Assembly (NCBI GenBank): GCA_965222075.1
Contig: OZ244937.1
Span: 2,528,001-2,592,000 of the forward strand
Direction of reading: 5' to 3'
Length of the DNA stretch: 64,000 bases
Source: Candidatus Latescibacterota bacterium
GTDB taxonomy: Bacteria > Latescibacterota > UBA2968 > GCA-2709665
The notes beneath the pieces were generated by a model that did not search any database, was not told the origin of the DNA, and worked only from the letters and a program-made list of their open reading frames with translations. Below are positions 58,157-64,000 of this stretch, in pieces (positions within the stretch are counted from its first letter, which is position 1; every line of letters begins with the position of its first letter). The translations under genes and the position numbers were made by a program.

Positions 58157-59161
58157 CTACCCTATACGATATTTCTCCACCCCCCCCATATCCAGCGTCA
58201 CCCCCAGCCCCGGTTTCTCCGGCACTTCAAAATGCCCGTTCTCCAGAACCAGACCTTCATCCAGCACATCCGCCACGCGCGTAAACGGCAGCTCGTCGCA
58301 CGGCAGCGTCGCATTTGGAATCGTCGCCTGCACATGCACCGAATAAGCGGTCTTGACCCCCAGGCACAGCCCCCCCATCTGTACCCAGCAGGGCACGTCC
58401 GCCGCAGCCGCCACAGCCGCCGCCGCCTTCACCTGCTGCGCCGGCCCGCCTAAGTTCACATAATCAATACACTCCGCCTTCAGCGCCTTCAACACATCAC
58501 CGGGCGCGCCCAGGTGCAGTGCGATCGGAATATGCGTCTTCTCCCGCAGCAGGCGGTACCAGTCCAGGTTGTTCTTCAGCACCGGATCTTCAAAATTGGC
58601 CACCGTCCCAAACGGCTCCAGCTCCTCCGCCAACCGCGCTGCAACATAGGGATACTTGAACAGCGTATTCGGATCTACGCCTACCGTGTAGTCGGCACCC
58701 GCCGACTCCTTCATCATCCTTACCGTCTCCACGATATTCCACGGCCGCGCCTTCAACTTGTGGTTGGTAAACCCCAGCTTCGCGCCCACCTCCGCCTCCG
58801 CTGCCGTCTCGTGCGGCTCCATCGAGCAGGACCAGTACGAAACCGGCACCCGGTCGCGCACCTTCTCGCCAAAGAACCGGTAGACCGGAATGCCGAAGGC
58901 CTGTCCCGCAATATCCAGCAGCGCGCACGTAAAGGGGTCCGGCTGGGCAAACGGGTCCAGCGCCAGCGGATCCTGTCCCTCGTAAGACGCGGCCTGCGCT
59001 TCAAACTGCAGCGGTTTCCCCTGCGTCTCCCCCAACCCCACGGTCCCCTCATCCGTCTGCATCCGGCAGACCGTCAGATCGTAGATCTTGGGAAAGTACT
59101 TCGCAATCGGCGGAATCGGTGGAATCTCTATCTCGTAGAGGTCGATCTGAGTGATCTTCAT
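58157..59161 (-). CDS. mandelate racemase/muconate lactonizing enzyme (enolase superfamily) protein
   Basis: MKITQI, ALLDIAG, HKLK, VDPN, FEDP, PGLGV. Confidence 0.85.
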   Translation of the reverse strand: MKITQIDLYEIEIPPIPPIAKYFPKIYDLTVCRMQTDEGTVGLGETQGKPLQFEAQAASYEGQDPLALDPFAQPDPFTCALLDIAGQAFGIPVYRFFGEKVRDRVPVSYWSCSMEPHETAAEAEVGAKLGFTNHKLKARPWNIVETVRMMKESAGADYTVGVDPNTLFKYPYVAARLAEELEPFGTVANFEDPVLKNNLDWYRLLREKTHIPIALHLGAPGDVLKALKAECIDYVNLGGPAQQVKAAAAVAAAADVPCWVQMGGLCLGVKTAYSVHVQATIPNATLPCDELPFTRVADVLDEGLVLENGHFEVPEKPGLGVTLDMGGVEKYRIG

Positions 59162-59187
59162 GGTAGCTCCTTTATGTTGAAGAAGGG

Positions 59188-60693
59188 TCAGCTCATCTTC
59201 AGACACTGCTTCACCGCCGCAAGACAGACCTCCACCACCGTATCCGTATTCATCACCAGCGCGTGCACATCGTCCCGGTTGCCCGACATCTCAATCAAAA
59301 ATGCAGCCGGCGTCCCCTGCTCCGCCGCATACGAGATGCAGTAAGGCTCCGGCGATCCGAAATCCGTGATCCGCTCCATATTCACCTGCTGATACGGCCC
59401 ACCGTACGGCCTCTGCGTGAGGTACCGGTCCTTCAACCTTCGCCTGATATCCCGATGGATGCCCTCCAGCAGCGCCCTGTCCCCTTTGTGGGGCAGCAGC
59501 ATAATATAGTCCGCCGTGTGATAATCGATCACACACACAGGGCGGTGGCGGTCAATGATTCCCTGAACGATCTGCACCTCCCGCTCGGACGCAGGCCGGG
59601 TGCCCTTATAGTTGTAATCCCACGGCATGCCCACATCCTGAGCCTCCTGGAACTGCCTCCAGTGGCAGTCGAAATTTCGGTTGAGGTCCACGCCGTTCCC
59701 ATTCTGCCGCGTGAAATGGTCGTACCCCCAGGGATTCTGAATCGGCACGATTTTGAAGTGCAGCTTCCGGGTATTCATACGCTCCACCCCCGGATTTTCG
59801 CACAGCACCTCCGCAAGCCGCATCAGCCCGAACGCATTTTCCCATTCCCATCCATGAATCGCCGCCCCGAAATAGATCGTGGGATTTGCCTCATCCCCGA
59901 TATTGAACGACCAGACCTGCCGCCCGTCGCTGCACGGCCCCTCCGCCTGAACCGACAGATCGGGATGGCGCTCTGCAAGCGCGTGCATCGCATCCACAAA
60001 CCCGTCGTAGGACAACCGCTCCGGATAGTGTTGCCCGTACCGGACGGCCCCGTTAATCACGTTGCCGACAAAAAGATACTTATTCGTACTCCCCCATGAA
60101 TTGTAAAACGGCCGGTTCGGCGACAGCAGGTCCATCGCCACAATCCGCCCCTTACCGACCTTTTCCTCAACCATCATAGCCCCGCCGTTCACGGTCGAAC
60201 TTCCAAGCAGGGAAACACCCCCGACTTCCACCAGCCCCATCACCTGCCGCTGAAACATCTGGTTGGAATACATGGAGTCCGTCGCGCCCGAAGACACCGT
60301 CCCGTACCACCAGAGCGTATCGCCGATCGCGTAGCCCCGGGTCACATCCTTCTCCATCTCGATCTTCATCCCCGGCCGGATGCGGTCCATCACGTGTGTC
60401 TTGCTGAAGTGAAGCCCCCGGCTGCCGGCATACTCGTAAAGACAGGAAATCACCTGCCCTCCCGCCTTCGCATAAGCCGTCACCGCGGGATAATCCAGCT
60501 TGTGAAGATTGCACCCATCTCCCACCACCGTAATCACGTGCTCGTACTGCCCGAGCAGCCGCACCCCGTATCTTTCCCGCGTAAAATTCAACCGCCTGAC
60601 CCGCCCCGGGTAGAGAACATCCAGATCGGTCCCGATGCTCCCTCCCCGTCCGGCGCCGTCCGTCAACAGCAAAATGGTTTGTCCTTGAGGCAT
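59188..60693 (-). CDS. M14 zinc carboxypeptidase domain protein with unknown N-terminal domain
   Basis: IHGWE, NPWG, RQN, DLNRNF, DYH, LIE. Confidence 0.8.
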   Translation of the reverse strand: MPQGQTILLLTDGAGRGGSIGTDLDVLYPGRVRRLNFTRERYGVRLLGQYEHVITVVGDGCNLHKLDYPAVTAYAKAGGQVISCLYEYAGSRGLHFSKTHVMDRIRPGMKIEMEKDVTRGYAIGDTLWWYGTVSSGATDSMYSNQMFQRQVMGLVEVGGVSLLGSSTVNGGAMMVEEKVGKGRIVAMDLLSPNRPFYNSWGSTNKYLFVGNVINGAVRYGQHYPERLSYDGFVDAMHALAERHPDLSVQAEGPCSDGRQVWSFNIGDEANPTIYFGAAIHGWEWENAFGLMRLAEVLCENPGVERMNTRKLHFKIVPIQNPWGYDHFTRQNGNGVDLNRNFDCHWRQFQEAQDVGMPWDYNYKGTRPASEREVQIVQGIIDRHRPVCVIDYHTADYIMLLPHKGDRALLEGIHRDIRRRLKDRYLTQRPYGGPYQQVNMERITDFGSPEPYCISYAAEQGTPAAFLIEMSGNRDDVHALVMNTDTVVEVCLAAVKQCLKMS

Positions 60694-60707
60694 CTCTCCT
60701 CCTCCCC

Positions 60708-62675
60708 TCACAAAGCAACGATCTGCCACAGTTCATTGCCCTGGGAGAACAGAAGACTGTTTTCAAAAGCGGCCAGATAGGGGACATTCTGTGTAAACGG
60801 GATACCGCTCTCCGAAGCAGGGGCGGCAGCCTCTCCCTCATCCAGCCGGACCTGCGTCAGGGTTTCCGTCTCCGGATCGAGACAGACAACGCGGTTGCCA
60901 TGCACAAAAAACAACCTGCCGTTAGCGGCGACCGTCATCGGCCTGTTCTGAACCCTGCCATCCTCCAGGCGGTGTTCCAGCGTCCGGATCGTATGCGATC
61001 CCGACTCGTAAACAAACAGCCGCTGCCCCCCGTCGTGGTCGTCCGTCCAGAAAAAGACCTTCCCGGATGCGCAGCCCATCGTGATGAGACTGCGTGCGCC
61101 GTCAATAGCATATTGGAATAGGACACCCTCCTGATCCGGGTCGAACACCAGAAAATACGCATCTCCCTCCGCCTGTGCGATATACCCGTCGGCAACAACA
61201 CTCGTCCCCACGTACACGTGCTCCGGCCCGGCGGCCAGCCCCAGAACCGAGTGGTCCTGAACCAGATGTCGGAAAGACTGCTGCGTATCGTCATTCGGAT
61301 CGACAACCGTCAGCGCCCCGCCCCGGCTGCCGTATTCGGGCATTGTCCCCACATACAGTTTCCCCCCGGGGCCGTTCAAAATTCCGGTCACCGGCCGGTA
61401 CTGTTCCTCTCCCAGCGACCCCAGGTTGCGGGGGTTGTCCCCCGCCTCAGGCCCCGGCTGCCAGGGCCGGTCCGGATCGTACACCGTCAGAACCGCATTG
61501 GTATAAGACACGCTGTAGATTTTTCTGTTCGCCTCGGCGCTTCCGTAGATCTCGCCCGACCCGTTGTGCACAAGCCCCAGGATCTCTGTCCGTCCGGTTT
61601 GAGGGTGCACGCGCGAAAGCGTCACACCCAGGTGTGCGGAACAGTAAATGTCCCCCCTGCCGGACCCCAGGATGGAAAAGATTCCGATTGGGGGATTCTC
61701 CACCTCGGTCCGGTGCAGGTCGAAGTGACCGTCCGCGATATGGTACACACCGTAATACTGCGAATGCCCCGCCATCAGGATGCGCTGGCCGTCGAGAAAG
61801 TAATACACCGCCCGGCTCGGCACACGGGGCACCCGGTAGGCCAATTCAGCGGATTCGGCCTCCAGGTCCAGGGCATAGATCGCCCCTCCGTCCACCGACA
61901 GATACGGCTCGCCTCCCGGCCCCTGTAAAAACCGGCGCCCCGACACAACGGGCATCCTCACCGGAAAAGACCCCCGAAACGCCAGATCGCCAGCCGAAAA
62001 CCGGCAGATCTCAATCCCCCCGTCCACACCCCCAACCGAAACCAGAAACTCATCCCCACACCGCAGAAACTCGCTGTAGGCATCCGCACGCCCGGCCAGG
62101 TCCGGGGGAGATTGGAACACGACATCCTCCGTCTCCGGATTCACGGCATACACCCCATGCTGTAGACCGTTGAGCACGCCGATATAACCCTGATCCGTCA
62201 CACAGGCCCCGAACAACTGGTGGTTCTCTTCCGCAACCGGGTACTCCTGATATTCACCTGTGTTACGATCATATGCCACGAGCATCCCCGCAGGATAACT
62301 CGGCATATACAACCGTCCATCCGGGCCTTCCACCACATCCGTCAGGTGCGACGTCTTTCTGGACGCCTCATAACGTGGCACCTCTGTGAACCGTTCTTCC
62401 ACCGGGTCGAAGCAGGCCAACTGTCCCGGTCCATTCATCCCGAACCAGAGCCTGTTGTCGGACAGCAGCCGCACGCGCCACGACCCCCGTCCATCCGGCT
62501 GTGTGAAAGAGCGGTATTCGTGTCGCTCAAAATCGATCCTCACCAGCGCAGGAGGCCGGTTCGGAATACCCGAAAACATCGACTGGTAGAGCAACTCCCG
62601 CCCGACGACGACCAGTTCCCCGGACGAAGTCGAAGGCGCCAGAAACGGCACCTCACAGATTTTTCGCACATGCAT
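60708..62675 (-). CDS. beta-propeller repeat protein (cytoplasmic)
   Basis: GPDGRLY, YDP, GKLYVGT repeats; promoter TTGACG-N17-TATATT at 62716-62744. Confidence 0.7.
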   Translation of the reverse strand: MHVRKICEVPFLAPSTSSGELVVVGRELLYQSMFSGIPNRPPALVRIDFERHEYRSFTQPDGRGSWRVRLLSDNRLWFGMNGPGQLACFDPVEERFTEVPRYEASRKTSHLTDVVEGPDGRLYMPSYPAGMLVAYDRNTGEYQEYPVAEENHQLFGACVTDQGYIGVLNGLQHGVYAVNPETEDVVFQSPPDLAGRADAYSEFLRCGDEFLVSVGGVDGGIEICRFSAGDLAFRGSFPVRMPVVSGRRFLQGPGGEPYLSVDGGAIYALDLEAESAELAYRVPRVPSRAVYYFLDGQRILMAGHSQYYGVYHIADGHFDLHRTEVENPPIGIFSILGSGRGDIYCSAHLGVTLSRVHPQTGRTEILGLVHNGSGEIYGSAEANRKIYSVSYTNAVLTVYDPDRPWQPGPEAGDNPRNLGSLGEEQYRPVTGILNGPGGKLYVGTMPEYGSRGGALTVVDPNDDTQQSFRHLVQDHSVLGLAAGPEHVYVGTSVVADGYIAQAEGDAYFLVFDPDQEGVLFQYAIDGARSLITMGCASGKVFFWTDDHDGGQRLFVYESGSHTIRTLEHRLEDGRVQNRPMTVAANGRLFFVHGNRVVCLDPETETLTQVRLDEGEAAAPASESGIPFTQNVPYLAAFENSLLFSQGNELWQIVAL

Positions 62676-62873
62676 AGCGTACCCCCCAGGTCAAAAAAAG
62701 CCACAAAGTTCGCCCAATATAATACGCCTCGCAAAAGCCGTCAACCCCTATAAGTGTCTGCGCCGTGAGCGCGTCCTGTCTTGGGGCTAAGAAAAAAGGC
62801 CCAGAGCATTCTCTCTGAGCCCCTTTGATAACTTCCGATCTGTCCGGTGGCGCCCTTCAGATCATCAGAAGCG

Positions 62874-63673
62874 TCAGAACCCGGGGTAAAACCGGACCTC
62901 CGGAATCTTCTCAATCAAACCCAGCTCAAAAGCATACCCGTAGAACCGCCGGAGCCCCTCCAGTTCCGCATCGCCGAGGTCGTACCCGATATTGCAAGAG
63001 AGATACGCTGCGTAAAACGCCGCCGGAAAGGAATGAGAGGCTGCAAACGCTTCTGCGATCGAAGGAATCTGACGAACCCCGAGCTCCTTGGCCTCAACCA
63101 GCTTCTGCGCCTCCCCGGGCTTCAGTACCCCCGGCCGGCCGGTCCAGCACGCGTATACAAAGGGCAGCCCGGTCAACTCGGTCCACGCCGCACCTAAGTC
63201 CAGCACGCGATAGGCACCCGGATCCAGCTCCAGCGCCGAATCTCCGATCAGCAGTGCGGCATCGGCGCGTTCCAGCATCCGGTCCGGCTCCGGAGGGCTT
63301 TGAAAGACTTTGGGCACACACCCGTACTGTTTCTGGAGGATAATCCGGCTCAATGCGATTGACGTTCGAGAACTGGTATCAAGCGCCAGAGAGCAGATCT
63401 CTTCGGGCGCTTTTTTAAGGACAAGAATAACGCTGCGGACCGGCCCCGAGGAGGCGATACTCACGCCGGAACAAATCTCATAAGGCTCAGGGCTGCGGGC
63501 GACCTCTATGGAGGGAATCAGCGCGACATCGGTCTCTCTGCTGTGCAGCCGTTCGGCGCAGCGGGAAGGCACATCGTAGATCAGATCGAAGGAATGGCCC
63601 AGCCCGCCCGATTCAAACGCCTGAACAAGAGGCCGGGTATTCAAAAAGCTAACCCGCCAAGACGGGTACGCAT
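62874..63673 (-). CDS. mqnA: chorismate dehydratase (futalosine pathway); 5' end apparently frameshifted
   Basis: SFLNTRPL, GPVRSV, SSRTS, LLIGD, DLG..W...TGLPFVYA; ATG at 63673 is one base out of frame. Confidence 0.85.
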
Positions 63674-63751
63674 TTGAAGGTCTTCAACAGCCGGGCATTC
63701 CCGATTTCGGAATGCGGAATACGGATTTAAAATCATTTATTCCAACGGAAA

Positions 63752-63799
63752 GGAGACGATCCGCTGAGCCGGAGACAGGCCTTAGCCAATCGTCCGGGG
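63752..63799. repeat. 48-bp hairpin repeat, copy 2
   Basis: 45/48 identical to 25995-26042. Confidence 0.85.
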
Positions 63800-63818
63800 T
63801 GGAGTGCTTTGGGAGGGA

Positions 63819-64000
63819 TCAGTTCAAAATGTTATACCGGGTATTCCGCCGAACCGGCTCGTACCCGGCGTCCCGGATCACGCGCTGCATCTCGGGCAGC
63901 GTCATCTCGTTCGTATGGCTCGTCCCCGCTGCGCTCACCACATTCTCCTCCATCATCGTAGAGCCAAAATCATTCACCCCGTAGCGCAACCCCACCTGGG
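63819..64000 (-). CDS. mqnC: cyclic dehypoxanthine futalosine synthase, C-terminal part (partial; not in ORF track)
   Basis: Manual translation ...YGVNDFGSTMMEENVVSAAG...IRDAGYEPVRRNTRYNILN*; lies next to mqnA. Confidence 0.85.
   Translation of the reverse strand, partial: QVGLRYGVNDFGSTMMEENVVSAAGTSHTNEMTLPEMQRVIRDAGYEPVRRNTRYNILN

Noticed and set aside
1-64000. CRISPR array, tRNA, rRNA, transposase or prophage
   Set aside because: No regularly spaced repeat-spacer units or recognisable RNA-gene, integrase or transposase motifs seen.

Overview
GC-rich (roughly 60% by eye) bacterial chromosomal window. The gene content suggests a Latescibacterota/Gemmatimonadota-like organism, but this is inference only. 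Bases 1-12.7 kb hold a respiratory supercluster on the minus strand: Rieske protein, split cytochrome b (PetB-like with the heme ci Cys, plus a PetD-like subunit with APWY in place of PEWY), an 8-CxxCH cytochrome c, a cupredoxin-motif protein and an A1-type cytochrome c oxidase. Upstream are a membrane HEAT protein and a divergent 2[4Fe-4S] ferredoxin. Next come a housekeeping block (dut-ispH, yggS-yggT-divIVA-mtnP-[TA]-ileS-dksA/traR-lspA-rluD), an uncharacterised catabolic-looking cluster that includes an M28-peptidase/AAC(3) fusion, hflX, cell-envelope genes, an RND-MFP-TolC system with a much enlarged permease, mrp, ggt, rarA, a propeller/M14/enolase operon and the futalosine genes mqnC-mqnA. 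Top observations: (1) the Rieske protein and the neighbouring ferredoxin share a 27-aa N-terminal peptide (22/27 identical, 12 of those codons synonymously diverged), a candidate docking module coupling ferredoxin to the Rieske/cytb-oxidase supercomplex; (2) an unannotated fragment of a second, divergent ileS lies next to a toxin-antitoxin pair upstream of the intact ileS, suggesting in-situ gene displacement; (3) heptamer-based inverted repeats recur between genes and also enter signal-peptide coding regions; (4) rarA and mqnA each carry an apparent 1-bp deletion. No rRNA, tRNA, CRISPR array or transposase was recognised.
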